From the NCBI GenBank assembly GCA_051294375.1, contig CM119266.1, positions 12,437,705 to 12,501,704 of the forward strand: a stretch of DNA of 64,000 nucleotides, given 5' to 3'. The translations under genes and the position numbers were made by a program. The DNA is from Paraspadella gotoi. Lineage: Eukaryota; Animalia; Chaetognatha. Shown here one piece after another: positions 1 to 13,642 of the stretch (positions within the stretch are counted from its first letter, which is position 1; every line of letters starts with the position of its first letter). A model generated the notes under the pieces. That model saw only the letters and a program-made list of their open reading frames with translations. It searched no databases and had not been told where the DNA came from.

Positions 1-2314
1 GTCCATCTCCTCTCTCTCTTCCTCTCTTGCCATTTTGCCGAGACCCATTTTTCTCATTTACATTTGTTAGGTCTTCCTCTTCGTCTCCATATTGTTCTTT
101 TTCTTAAATGTAAATACAATTACAAAAGAGTGTCGTTAAAACCGATTCAAAAACGTTATTTATTAAAACATAAAAGACGACGTTTTTCTGTAATGAATAG
201 CGATGAAGTTCTGCTTTCGACAGTTTTTCTTCAGTCGCTTCAAGCTTCTCCGTCCTTTCGATTAAAAAAAAAAGTAATTTGTTTTCTATTAAATCCACTA
301 CACGAGCCGTTTTTTTTTTTAATTTAATATAATATTTTCATTTTTAATTTTGTAAAAAAACTAGTAAAAAATGAGTTTTTATCGAGTGTACAAGTTTTCA
401 TTTTTGACGCCGAGTTTCTTTCAAGGCCGCCATCTATTTTTTTTCTTTTTCTCCCGTCAAAAATTTCTTCTTTTTTTTTTCGTAGTTGATTAACTCGTTC
501 TCGTTTCATTTTTTCTTTTCATACTTCTTTAACATTTTCTTTTTAATATTACCTTAAATTATCATATTCTTCTTTTCTTCTTTCGCTTCGTGCCTTCCTT
601 TCTCTACCTTCATCTTAATACTTTCCACTATCTCCAATCTCTCTCTTCTCTATCCTTCTTAATAATTTCCCTCTTCCCTATTTTTCTCCCTTCTTCTTTT
701 TCTCCCCTATCTTCTTCTTTTAAATATTTCAATCCCAACCCCCACCCCCCAGACTCTTCCCCTCATTTCCCTCCTTTCCAACATTCCCCCACCCCACTCC
801 TTAAAGTCCCGCCCATCGATGACAACAACAACTTTTGAATTCGTTGATCAATTGGGCGTTTGTTGATTCGTCGTCGTCGTCGTCGTCGTCGTCGATTATT
901 CGTCGTCTTTGTCGAGTTCGTCTTCAATTCTATTTATATTTTCTTCGTTACAATCGAGGTTAATGTTTAAATCGTAGTTGGTATTTTAGTTGTTTAATTA
1001 GTGGTCAAGAAAACCATGCACCGAAGCTTCGTTAATTTCTCCTTTTCGCTTCTCAATCACTTTCAACAAATCTCTCGACTGATGTCCGCCACCTCCGCAG
1101 CCACCGCCGACACTTTCACCGCCGCCTCCACGCCGCCGCTATTTATAAAACATATGTAGCGTTCCTCAAGCAATTAAATCATGTATGAAATAACCTTTAA
1201 ATCAACTGAGACTTTTGTTTTCGAATCCAATTAAAATCATCCTCCACCAGATGGATCTTTGGTTTCTGACTTTGTTTTTGTTTTTGACTGTTTACTTTTA
1301 AATTTGTTTTCTGAATATGTTCAGACTGATTTTTACTCTCGAATCAAATACATTGTTTATATGCTCTTCAACAAATGTTTTTATCTACTTGACTATAATG
1401 TAGGATTACATTAAAAAAGCGAGAGAAAAACTTTTATCTCGAATTCAACAAATCAAAATGATTCTATATCAAAACAAATCAATTAAAAAAAATCAAATTC
1501 GAAATTAAGATGCTGATCTTTTCCCCTGCGCAATGGACTATAATCATAAATGATAATCGCCATGTCATCTTAGTACATCTGACTCTCAGGTTGTCACCTC
1601 GCAGGCCGTGGCACGGTCCCGCCGTCAATCGTCACCGTCGAATATCAGATAATATCGACCGCCTCCTAGTGACTTGCCCCAGCGACAATAATATAAGATA
1701 CTAACATAAAAGTCACGAGCGATCGCAAGGGAGCGCGTGTGACCGGATTTGTCGGGGACGGTTGAGGGGGCGTATACGAGAATGAAGACTTATATCAGGT
1801 CGTGTGAAATATGAAATAACAACAACGTAATTAAACAGCAACAACACTGCCCGTCTCCGGCGTGAAAAGAAATGGCAAAAATAATCATGTTTTTTAAAAT
1901 TGCCGTGCCTATCCATATAATCCTGAACCCTCCTCTCTCTCTACTCTCTCTCTCTCCTCTCTCACTTCTCGATCTCATCATCTATCTCTCATCGTGCTCT
2001 CTCTCTCTTTTGTGGCCTGCCGCCAGAACGTTCAAGACTGAACACTCTCTGCAAAGATTCATTAACCTTATAAGCAATCTTAGCGTCTTGTAAAATTGAT
2101 GACGAAGAAGAAGACAAGAAAGGTTAAGCTGAAGAAAGAAGAATGAGAGAGAGAGAGAGCAGAGAGAAGAGAGAGAAGGAAGAGAGAGAAGAGAGAGAGA
2201 GAGACGCAGAGACGAGAGAAAGCTGAGAAAGAGAGAGAGAAGAGAGAAGAAGAGAGAAAGAGAGACGTGAGAGAGAGAATGAGAGAGGCGAAGAGGAAGG
2301 AAGAGAGAGAGAGA

Positions 2315-2353
<39 letters not shown>

Positions 2354-2752
2354 AGAGAGAAGAGAGGAGAGAGAGAGAAGAGAGAGCGAGAGTAGAGAGG
2401 AGGAGAGATGAGAGAAGCAAGAAAACTTATCAAAACGGGAAGGGTGGTGATGACCTCTTTTTTTCCTTCTCTCTTCCCATTTTCTCTCTCTCCTTCCCCT
2501 CCCCTTTAATCTTGCTTCTGGGAGCACCTGTTGGGTTTTCTGAGGATTACGAGGTTTAATTTCTCTTTCTCACAGAATCTTCTTCTTTCCTTATCTCTAC
2601 CATTTCTTTTCTCTAGTTTCCTCGGGGCTATGTTAGGCTTTGATTTTTTTATTTTGTAACTTTTTTTTTTTTTCTCCTTTCTTCCCCTTCCTCTTAGGTA
2701 TTTAAGATTCCCCACCATCCCCCCCCCTGGCTTTTATGTTCCTCTTTCCTTT

Positions 2753-2784
<32 letters not shown>

Positions 2785-3097
2785 CAGAGTAGGGAGAAGG
2801 AAGAGGGTCGAGAATTGAAATTTTTGGGGGGGGGAAATTTTTCCCCCCGGCGTTGTTTTACTTTTTATTGGTTGGGGAGAGGAAAGGGGGGGGGCGGGGG
2901 GGCGAGGAAAGCCAGATTTGGTTGGAAGGCAGATTGACGGAAGGTTGAATCGTGCAACGAGGAAAGTGGGGATCCGAGTAATCGAGTTAGACCAAGTTAG
3001 ATGAAGAAAAAAAGAAAGGAAGGAAAGAAAGAAGGAAAGAATAAAAGTAGGAGGAAAGGAAGGAAAGAAGACAGGAAGGAAAGAAGGAAAGAAGGAT

Positions 3098-3157
3098 GGA
3101 AGGAAGGAAGGAAGGAAGGAAGGAAGGAAGGAAGGAAGGAAGGAAGGAAGGAAGGAA
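3098..3157. repeat. (GGAA)n microsatellite
   Basis: Directly visible. Confidence 0.93.
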
Positions 3158-3499
3158 AGAAAAAAGCAATAAAGAAATTAGGAAAAGAACGAACTAAAGA
3201 ATAAAGGAAAGATTGAAGGAAGGAACAAAGAAAATTACAGTTTCATATATGGGTGATACCAATTCCATACATAAAATATTGAAAAACCAATGAAAACCAA
3301 CGGCAAACCAACCCCCCCCCCAAAAAAAATAGACGGAAAAATGACAAAAACTCGGATTTGCGAAATTCTAAAAAAAAAAGGAGAACTTAAAAGAAACGAA
3401 GAGGAGCGAACGACATTTAAAACAAACAAACTGAGAATCTCCCATCCGGCGCCAACGCGTGAAAAGGTCGAAGAGACCGGACATTTCGTTGGTGGTGAA

Positions 3500-3990
3500 A
3501 GGCGCGCGTGAGTCACCAGTATCAGGGTCACGTGATGCTTGGGAGAGTCAGTCGAGTCACGTCGTGTTTTGGGCGTCATGTTTGACCACTGACCAGTGCA
3601 CCGTGCACAGTGCAGTGAATGTCACGAGAATATAACTTTTATTTTGATGGATTTGGACAAAAATTGCCGAATGTTAAAACTCAATTAGTTTGCCGAATCT
3701 TTGAATTCGTAAATCGGAGACGACGTGATTCGTGATTGTCGGGTGATTTCCGGCGCGTGGGCGGCCTCGTTTGTCACGTGATCGCCCTGAGAGGCGTGAA
3801 TGTCGTGTGATCCTCACGAATCTGAGAAGAAATGCGACTGGAATCGAATATCGAATCTCATTATGACTCAGACGCGCGCCCCCTTTTTCCTTTTTTTTGT
3901 TTTTTCCTTTTTTCTTTCTTTTTATTTTTTTTTCTTTTTTTCTATGGAGGTGTAATTTGCTCAATATGGTGAAATACTGATGACGTCAGG
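3500..3990. promoter_or_regulatory. Candidate enhancer: CpG-rich cluster of bZIP/bHLH sites
   Basis: TGAGTCA 3509, GTCACGTGAT 3527 and 3773, TGACTCA 3864, TGACGTCA 3981. Confidence 0.35.
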
Positions 3991-4140
3991 AATTAATTCC
4001 GATTATAAATACCCAAGGAAAGAAAGATAATTAAACTATTGGAGGAAGAGGGAGAGAGCAGACGAGAGAGAGAGCAGAGATGAGAGACCGAAGAAGAGAG
4101 GAGAGAGAGAGGACTGAGAGAGCGAGCGAGAGAGGAGAAG

Positions 4141-6839
4141 CGAAAATCGCTTCGGTAGTAGACCGGAAACGAACTTTTTCTATAAAAGTGAAAACTCAAG
4201 ATGAACAGCGGTTACAAATAGAGTTCTGAATATGACAGGGAAAAGCTAGCTAGCGAAGAGACGAGAGCAGAAAGAAGAGAGAGAGAGCCGAGAGAGAGAG
4301 AGATCGAGAGACGATGATAGAGAGAGAGGAGAGGAGAGATCGAGAGGCGAGATCGTTGAGAGAAGGAACATCTCCTTCCACTGTTCCTCTAGCTCCCACC
4401 CCCCCCTCCCCCCCATGTCCCGCCAGAAAGAGACCCTTTTCACGTTCGCGCCAACCTTCGTCCTTTCGGCCCAAGAATATTAAAGACCAGAGGCGAAGAA
4501 CCGGAACAAAAACCAAATGGTTAGTAAAGACCTGAGATCAAGGGTCAGATAAAACTGGCGTGGCGACGGAAACGAGCTAGAAGACGGAGTAGGGTCATAC
4601 CAGGAGCTAGGTGTCATTCTGTAGGACCGTACTTGTTATTTTCAAGACCGGTAAAGAATTGAGTGTCGGAAAGGTTTATTCCCCTAGAAAAAAGAATGAC
4701 TGGTAAAGGGAGTGAGGCCCGTCCGTAGTGGCCGGGGCCAGAGCTTTTATATATGGAGATAACGTGAAGGACATACCTCATGATCACAAGGAAAGAATTT
4801 GGAACGAATCGGCGATATCGAAACGTTGCTGGAAACTGCCTCCAGGTGGAATTTGTTTCGTCTCCACGGAGACCGAGGAGAGACACCGAATACGAATTTG
4901 AACTTAGAGATACATCATTAAGCCGACTACAACAATTCTTGCGAGACTTTATCGGGGTCCTGGCGAGGATCGGCGAGGTAGATCGTCATGATCGTTGAGG
5001 CGCGCTGTCGCGGAAAAGGTGTCCACTCCTATTCTGCCAACCTTGACCGGGCGGTTGCAGAGTGAGTACCCGAAAGGACATCAGCAACGACCTCGAAGCC
5101 GCAACGAAATTCAACTTTCAACCTTTCAAATAATCACTACTCGATGATATTGACGCAATTAGGCAAGCAGATTCACAGATCCATTAACTAACGGATATGC
5201 AATCATTAGTCAAAACATCTAGGACCTTCATACGTGCAATCCTTGGGCAGTTTTAGTCTCTGTTCCTGATATATAGTTTGCGTCTTCAAATATGGATATA
5301 TATATGTTTTATCATTTTATTCTACTTTGATAGGTTATATCCAAATGAATTCGATAATCTTGATATATCAATAACATTGTTACTAAATTCAGAGCAAAAA
5401 TGTGAGACGGCGCAAATATATAATTATATTTGGCCTTAATTTGATAGATATGCTGATATGCATTGCGGCCATAATTTTCTTAAAGTAGTTCCAGTGCTGT
5501 TTCCTATTTCAGAAAATCATTACGTACACATCTTCATCAAACTCGGTGTCCGTACGGGACATACAATCCACCTCCATATCACCCATCTGACAATATAATT
5601 TTCAGCCATTCACTCCTCTAATCGACTATCTATGCCAAACAAAAGAATTGGCAGTGTTTCGAACTTAAAACAACACACGGCCTTAACATCACAAGTTTTG
5701 TGGCTATAATTCTCTTTTTTTCTCTTTCTTTGTAATTTGTCAAGCCCCACAACCACCAGCGGCTAGCTCGAATACGGCGCCATACCCATCGATCTAGCTC
5801 CAAATACAAAAGGCCCTATCTAACTCTTCTTTCGACACAACAGACGTAACGTCCACCATTCTCATCCTCGACTATCTTGTCGTCGTACTCTGCGTAAGGC
5901 CCCCATGCCTTTATCATTTTACAATTTCGCCTCTCTCTTCTTCGTCTCTCTACTCCATGCTCTTGCGTCATACTCTTGCTCTACCTTCTCTCTCTCTGAG
6001 CCTGAGACCAGCGTCTCTGATTGCACGTTATGACTAGACGGAATTCCTTCGGACGCCCACTCGTTCCCAATAGACCAGGTTGTGGTTGTAGCCGCTTAGG
6101 CCCGGACCAATGTTCCTCGTGGGTTTCTTCCTCGGTATCTCGTTCAACCTCTCCTGCCGACCTACCTTCGGAATGTGAGCAAGGTTTTCCCGGTGTCATT
6201 TTGTATCTTCCCTACTACGCACCCGAGTCCGCGAAATCGGGATATGCAAATGGTTCGACATTTTCCGTTTGCACTCAAACCTCGTTCCAAAGTTCCGATG
6301 GTGGACAACACGAAGTTGAATGTTTGAGTTTCACCGGAGAGAGGAGTCGTCCAATTATATCAACAACAAACTCGGCAGTTCAAGATGGCTCTGGTGCGAT
6401 ATCGCCAAGTCAATCCTCATTGACCCGCTTTTCATCTGGCATTTTTTTGCCATCCCTGTCCCAATTTAACGTGCCACTTGAGAGTTAGACAGTGGATATG
6501 AGAAAGAGAGAGAGAGAGGCGAGTGATGTCGTTCGTTCGCTGCATCTTTCTACCCTTCGCCTTTCGAATTCAGGAGGAAAAGGAATCGAAATGAAAAATA
6601 TGAGAAAAAAGTAGAAAATGAGAAAAAAAAGAGAAGAAGAGGAGGAAGAGAAAGCGTACGAAAAAAAAAAGTAGGAAAAAAAGAGAAATCCTAAAAAATA
6701 AGAACATAAATGTTGATGAGGAATGAGAAGAAAAGAAAAACGGCCCTTTTGACGACCAAAAAAGGTCGAAGTGTTCTGGGCGTCCAAAGGACTTGATTAA
6801 ACGCGATTCCGGCGTTGTGGTGTGTGAAACTAGCTCCGT

Positions 6840-6878
<39 letters not shown>

Positions 6879-7777
6879 ACGATGAGTCGAAGGAGAGGAG
6901 AGATTCGGAGGAGACGGATTGATGAGAGAGAGAGGAGAGAGAGAGACGAAGACCTAAAGCGCCCAAGAGGCAGAGGACCCGAGTGAGAACAAAAGGGTAG
7001 GAAGTTCAGTTGACCTTTTGTTTCGAGTCTTCGGTTTGTGATTTATATTTTTGCTTTTCACGAGAATAATAGTGGTATCCATTCTAGAGGAATAACATTA
7101 AAGACGAATAAAAGACATATATTTTAACTGCCATTATAACTATTTTTCACGTTCGAGAGCGACTTAGTCATATCCTTCTCATTTGGCTCTTTTTGTCTCA
7201 ATTGTTAGAAATGTTAAAAGTATTTTCCACAGAATGAAGTTTTCGATAACTATAACTAAAGTTTTACTATATACAAATAAATCGAAAATTGAATGGCGGC
7301 TCGGATCTTTAATCTTAGTTGTTTGGGCAATTGTTTATGTTGTAGTATATTGTTCGTCGTCGTCGTCGTCGTCCGTCGTCGGTCGTGGACCAACAGGAGA
7401 CACGCCTTTCAAATTTCGTCGTCCAACGACGCCCAAACAGTGCACGAAGACGAGATATCAACTTGGACCTGGGAAATGAACGGAGCAGAGAGAGAGATGA
7501 AGAGGAGAGAGAGAGAGAAAAAAGAGAATGAGGAGAGAGCGAGTAAATTATATACATTTGAGTTTACTTGCCGACCGAAACGAATGCAGATAAAAGAAGA
7601 TAAACGACAGTAGTAATGTAGGCGACTGATTATATGATTTATTTGGCGCATCAAGAATTTAGTACAAAAGAGAAAGTTAATAAAATGCTACGAAAGCAGA
7701 AAACTCTGAATTAATTTGTAGGAGTGTAGAGTTTATGCAATCGAGTTTTGTGAGCTGCTGTTCTGTTTTTCTCCATT
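4141..7777. repeat. Partial, very noisy copy of the block at 17531-19900 / 7803-9880
   Basis: Shared anchors, e.g. cgaaaatc..gaccggaa(a)cgaactttt..aaaagtgaaaact (4141 vs 17531) and cgcttttcatctggcattttttgccatccc (about 6427, 8719, 18785); ends at a 25-N gap. Confidence 0.9.
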
Positions 7778-7802
7778 NNNNNNNNNNNNNNNNNNNNNNN
7801 NN

Positions 7803-7839
<37 letters not shown>

Positions 7840-8136
7840 CGTTGAGAGAAGGAACAATCTCTTCGTCAGCAGAAAGAGACTTTTCGTATAAGAGAGAAGC
7901 GAAAAGGTAAGACCTGGATCAGGTAAGGTAAGGTAAGACNNNNNNNNNNNNNGATCTAGTTATTTCAAGAGGTAAGAAAGTAAGTTTCGAAAAATGAAAG
8001 GGTGAAAGAAATGAAAGCGTTGAGCGAGCGAACTTTCGTCTGGCGGAAATGTCACTCCTTTCTGCCACCTTGACCCGAACCGACCGACCGACCGAAATCG
8101 GAGATCGGTTATATCAAAATTATATCAATTATTATA

Positions 8137-9526
8137 CCAAAGTCAGTTATTAAATGAACGGATAATTTTTATATTGGTTGTACCAATTTCATTTCATGGT
8201 CATGGTGCCTCCACACCCCCCATTAGTTCACATTCACTTCTTAATCGACTTTCTCAGAGGCGTTCAACTTAAACGCGCTTCATTTTTATTTCTCCTTCGT
8301 TCGCACCACGCCGAATATTCTTAGCCAAAGGTTTCTCTCTCTCTCTCTCTCTCTCNNNNNNNNNNNNNNNNNNNNNNNNNNNNNNNNNNNNNNNNNNNNN
8401 NNNNNNNNNNNNNNNNNNNNNNNNNNNNNNNNNNNNNNNNNNNNNNNNNNNNNNNNNNNNNNNNNNNNNNNNNNNNNNNNNNNNNNNNNNNNNNNNNNNN
8501 NNNNNNNNNNNNNNNNNNNNNNNNNNNNNNNNNNNNNNNNNNNNNNNNNNNNNNNNNNNNNNNNNNNNNNNNNNCGAACTCGACTAAAGTTTTTCTCCGT
8601 GTATGTGATTTCATTCGCACGAGTCACGAATCAGTATGAGTCGACATTCGTTCACCAAACTCTCACAGTGTTTATTCACCAATTTTCACAAACTCAGTTA
8701 AGGTCGCCATCACTCATGCGCTTTTCATCTGGCATTTTTTTGCCATCCCGTGTCAATTTACGGCCACTTGAGGCATTTCGTTCGTTCGCTCATTCTTTCA
8801 CCCTTCGCCTTTCGAATTCAGGAGGAAAAGAAGCGAAATGAAAATATGAGAAAAATGAAAAAAAGGAAGAAGAGGAGGAAGAGGAAAGGGAGAAAAAAAA
8901 GTAGGAAAAAAGAGAAATCTAAAAATAAAAAAATAAATGTGATGAGGAAAGAGAAGAAAAGAAAAAGGGCCTCTTGAGTCAGTGTCTGGCGTCAAAAGCT
9001 TAACGCGATCGCGTGGGTGTGAAGACTAAGCCGTGANNNNNNNNNNNNNNNNNNNNNNNNNNNNNNNNNNNNNNNNNNNNNNNNNNNNNNNNNNNNNNNN
9101 NNNNNNNNNNNNNNNNNNNNNNNNNNNNNNNNNNNNNNNNNNNNNNNNNNNNNNNNNNNNNNNNNNNNNNNNNNNNNNNNNNNNNGACCTAAAGGCAAAG
9201 GCAGAGACGGTGAGAATCAAAAGGTAGAAGTTCAGTGACCTTTTTTCGAGTCTCGTGTTTGTGATTTATCATTTTGCTTTTCACGAGAATAAAGGGTCCA
9301 TTTCTAGGAGGAATAAACATTAAACATAAAAAAAATATTTTTAACTTTCCTTTAATATTTTTCGTTAGCGACGTAGTCATATCTCTCATTTGACTTTTTG
9401 TCAATTGTTAGAATTAAATTTCACATGAAGTTTTCGATTATAACTAAAAGTTTTACTTATACAAATAATCTGAAAATTGGTCGGATCTTTAATCTAGTTT
9501 TTGGCATTGTTTATGTTGTTGTAATT

Positions 9527-9558
<32 letters not shown>

Positions 9559-10118
9559 GGACCCAAGGAGACACGCCTTTCCAATTTCGTCTCCAACGAC
9601 CCAACAGTCCGAAGACGATATCAACTTGGCACTGATGAACGAGCAGAGAGAGAGAGAAAGAGAGAGAGAGAGAAAAAAGAGAGAGAGGAGAGAGAGTAAA
9701 TATGATTGATTTGAGTTTATTGCCGCCGAAAAAAGCAGATAAAAAATAAACGACAGATAAGAGGACGACGATATATGATTTATTTGGCATAAAATTTAGG
9801 TAAAAAGAGAAGTTAATAAAATTGCTAAAAGCAATATTATTAATTTGTGTTAGTTTCAGTTTTACTGATGTTTGTTTTCTCATTCATTGTTGCTTTTAAT
9901 ACGAGTATGAGATAAAAAGAAATTTAAAAAAAAAAAATTAAAAACTGCAAAAAATAAAAAGTGATACAGTTTTATCTAAAACAATGACATTTTCTTTTTT
10001 ACTACCTGAAGAGAAAAGCAGTTCTCGGAATACGCGTTTCCAATTTATGAAATTGGTACAACCAATATAAAAAGTATCCATTCATTTAATAAATAAGCTA
10101 TCTTGCCCCTGACTTTGG
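8137..10118. repeat. Inverted repeat pair (8137-8192 and 10047-10118)
   Basis: ccaaagtcag-ttattaaatgaacggataatttttatattggttgtaccaatttcat versus atgaaattggtacaaccaatataaaaagtatccattcatttaataa-(16 nt)-ctgactttgg; also present in block B. Confidence 0.85.
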
Positions 10119-11424
10119 ACAGGCTTTGGTGGTTTAAGGCCTCCATCACTCTTACAAGATAATGACATAGCAAGTGCCTGCAAGTTTTCAAAGAATGTTT
10201 TCAAAGAATGTTTCAATTGTATGAAAAGACCACTCCCTTATATTGTTTTCATTTATCTCTTACCCAAACATCAATAATCAATTTGATTCTCGCCGAAGCG
10301 AAAAGATTTGATTTCGCTCACGGATCGCTAATTGAGAAAAACTNNNNNNNNNNNNNNNNNNNNNNNNNNNNNNNNNNNNNNNNNNNNNNNNNNNNNNNNN
10401 TGATGGATGCACAATTAACGACGGAGATTATTTCCCGGGCAGCGAGTTTTCTAAGTATTCCCGTTTCAAGTTTGCCGTCATGGTTTTTTCGGATTTATGG
10501 GTGGTCCCTGTCTCCACTCCTCTCTGTGATCCATAGAAATCGATGACGTCACGTGATTAATTTAATAATCTTATTTTTTTTTATTCGTCGTTATCGTCGT
10601 CGTCGTTGTTGTCGTCATCGTTGTAGCCGTTTCTGTCTTCCATGGAATTCGAGAAAGAGAAGATTTTGGTGAAAAAGATGGGATTAAAATGGCGAGTGAA
10701 AGCGCCGGGGGGGGCTTATGGAACCGAACCTTTTGTTTCCAATGGAATTTGAAATTCGAAAACAAAGACATAGACAAAGACAGAATACACAAGAGACAAA
10801 GATACGAAGAGACAAAGACACAAGCTTTCGCGAACCCCATCTTTTTATCCGCCCAACTTTAAAATAAAAAATCCAAACAAATCCGGAATAAATCCGAGTA
10901 AAATCCCTTTCACTGGAAAACGAGGTCGTTTTGTTTTTGGATTTCAAAGCGATTTAAACTTTAAAAACCGAAACGATTCAAAAATCGCCTAAAGTTCAGC
11001 CAGAAATTAAATGCAAGCTTTTTTTTTTAACTTTAGATTAAAAATAAAAACATTTTAAGCCTCAGACAAACAAAAAAATTTAGTCTGAAATTTCTACGTC
11101 AAATCGAAATAAGAAATGAATCGTTGACCCTCGAGTCAAAACTTTTAGTGCAGCGAGGAAAAAAGAAAAATGGAAGCTGGAAATCAAAACGGATTCGAGA
11201 AAAAGAAGATAGAAAAAAAGAGAAAGAGAGTTCATAACGTTTAATGAAAAGAGAATAAAAAAAAAACCACATAAAGAGGCAAAATAATAACCTGATTATA
11301 AAGAGCAAACAAAAAAAATCAATGACTAATTGAACAAAGGGAATTAACGGATAATAAGCGGATAACCTATTTTGGGTTTCTGTTTCTTTGTTAATAAGCC
11401 GGATCAAATCAGTAAATGGTTAAA

Positions 11425-11526
<102 letters not shown>

Positions 11527-11812
11527 AGGTAAGAGTGTAAGATAGCACGTGCGCGGAATAAAGAGTTCCCTCACACTTGGAATAAAATCTGAGCCGCGAA
11601 CTCTTGGGATCGATCCTTCCTTCCATCGGTGGCGTCTCTATTTGAGCAGAGTAGAGATTGGAAAAAAAGTAAAGGTTTGACTTAATTACTATCTTTAAGA
11701 AGATATTGTAGGATCAGTTCAGATATGAAAAACGTAATTTATTTAAAAAAAATCAAAGATCAATAGATTAATTAATTGCTTATTAACAGAAATTATGGCA
11801 TTTTCTTTTCAG

Positions 11813-11917
11813 AATCTGGTCGGCCGGATGCCGATCGCGATATCAAGAGGTTCGGGGGAGGCTCAAGTTTCTTTTGCGCCCTTTTTGCGTCGTCGATCTC
11901 GTCACCATCATTTCCAG
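11813..11917 (+). CDS. KCNQ: KCNQ exon: S2-S3 linker and S3 start
   Basis: ttttcttttcag|...|gtgagg; 105 nt, phase 2 to 2; (R)IWSAGCRSRYQEVRGRLKFLLRPFCVVDLVTIIS(S). This frame is absent from the ORF track. Confidence 0.95.
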
Positions 11918-11949
11918 GTGAGGAGGAGGAGGAGGAGGAGGAGGAGTTG

Positions 11950-12280
11950 TTGTCGTTGTCGTCGTCGGGGTCGTCGTTTTCGTCGTCTTGGTCGTCATCG
12001 TCGTTTTCGTCATTGTCGTTTTCATTGTCTTGGTCGTCATCGTCGTTTTCGTCGTTGTCGTTTTNNNNNNNNNNNNNNNNNNNNNNNNNNNNNNNNNNNN
12101 NNNNNNNNNNNNNNNNNNNNNNNNNNNNNNNNNNNNNNNNNNNNNNNNNNNNNNNNNNNNNNNNNNNNNNNNNNNNNNNNNNNNNNNNNNNNNNNNNNNN
12201 NNNNNNNNNNNNNNGTCGTTTTCGTTGTCTAGGTCGTCATCGTCGTTTTCGTCGTTGTCGTTTTCGTTGTCTTGGTCGTC
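11950..12280. repeat. About 42-bp degenerate (TCG/TTG) minisatellite interrupted by an N gap; copy at about 22230-22495
   Basis: Repeating tcgtcgttttcgtcgttgtcgttttcgttgtcttggtcgtca immediately after the S2-S3 exon donor. Confidence 0.8.
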
Positions 12281-13233
12281 AGCATATTTTTGGTCGTTTT
12301 CTTTACTATCAATCCCGTTGCTATGAGGGTCGTCCTGTAGTCGTCGTTATCGTTATCGTTGTCTTTGTTTTCTATTTGTTGTCATTGCCTCTTCATTCTT
12401 CCCTTCCTTCTCGTCGTCGTTGTCATTTTCGTCTGTGTCATCATCGTCTTAGCCATCTTTATCTTGGGGATCAATGTCGTTTTCGGCGAATGGGATGCGT
12501 CACGACGTCACACGGCGTCACGGAGTCACGTGATTCCGAAAGAAGAAGATAAAGAAAAACTTTTCAATTATCGTTCGATTCGACGTCGTTGGATTTTATT
12601 GCAAGCAATTCTCATAATTGCTTGTCTCGGGCGCGCCTCCCCTTGTTTTCGTTTCCGGCGTCGTTCGGCGGCGTCGTTGGGCGTTCGTCGTCGTCGCCTT
12701 TGCCCTCTCTTTTTTTAACATCTTCGTCGCGGTCGTCTCGCTTTATCTAAATTCATTCTTTTTTTCTTCTATTTCGTCTTATATTTCTTGAGTTCTTTTA
12801 TGTCAACGGAAATTTCTTCTTTACGGGGACCATCTAAACTATTTTCGACACGATCTTGCCCGTGTCTTAAAAGAAATCCTCAGTTGGTTCCGAGAGAGAG
12901 AGAGANNNNNNNNNNNNNNNNNNNNNNNNNNNNNNNNNNNNNNNNNNNNNNNNNNNNNNNNNNNNNNNNNNNNNNNNNNNNNNNNNNNNNNNNNNNNNNN
13001 NNNNNNNNNNNNNNNNNNNNNNNNNNNNNNNNNNNNNNNNNNNNNNNNNNNNNNNNNNNNNNNNNNNNNNNNNNNNNNNNNNNNNNNNNNNNNNNNNNNN
13101 NNNNNNNNNNNNNNNNNNNNNNNNNNNNNNNNNNNNNNNNNNNNNNNNNNNNNNNNNNNNNNNTTTTTCCCCCCTTTTCTCTTCCTTCTCTCTTACAACT
13201 TCGGGTGCCTCTCCATCTCTTCGAGATCCAATT

Positions 13234-13301
<68 letters not shown>

Positions 13302-13606
13302 TCCTTCTTGATTTGATTTTTTTTCTTCTCCCCGCGGAGGAAAATTCGTCTTCATTTTCCATTCGAGTTTTCTTTACTATTTCTCGTCTCGTCTTTTCCA
13401 TTGAGAGACTAACGAAATTAAATGAATGGATAGAGAATCGATTCCACGTCGTCGTCGTCGTCGTCGTCGTTGGCGTCGGTACTCGTTTTGGTAAATCAAT
13501 TCGTATCAAACGTTTTAATTTGAGGGAGAGGAGAGATGATGAAGAGAGAAGGATTGTTGTTAGAGAGAAGAGGGAAGCAGAAGATGGAATATCTGACTAC
13601 TAATTG

Positions 13607-13642
<36 letters not shown>

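Noticed and set aside
11793-12760. Asp/Asn-rich minus-strand protein
   Set aside because: Degenerate trinucleotide satellite with stops shared by both copies; its protein-like end is the antisense of the KCNQ exon.
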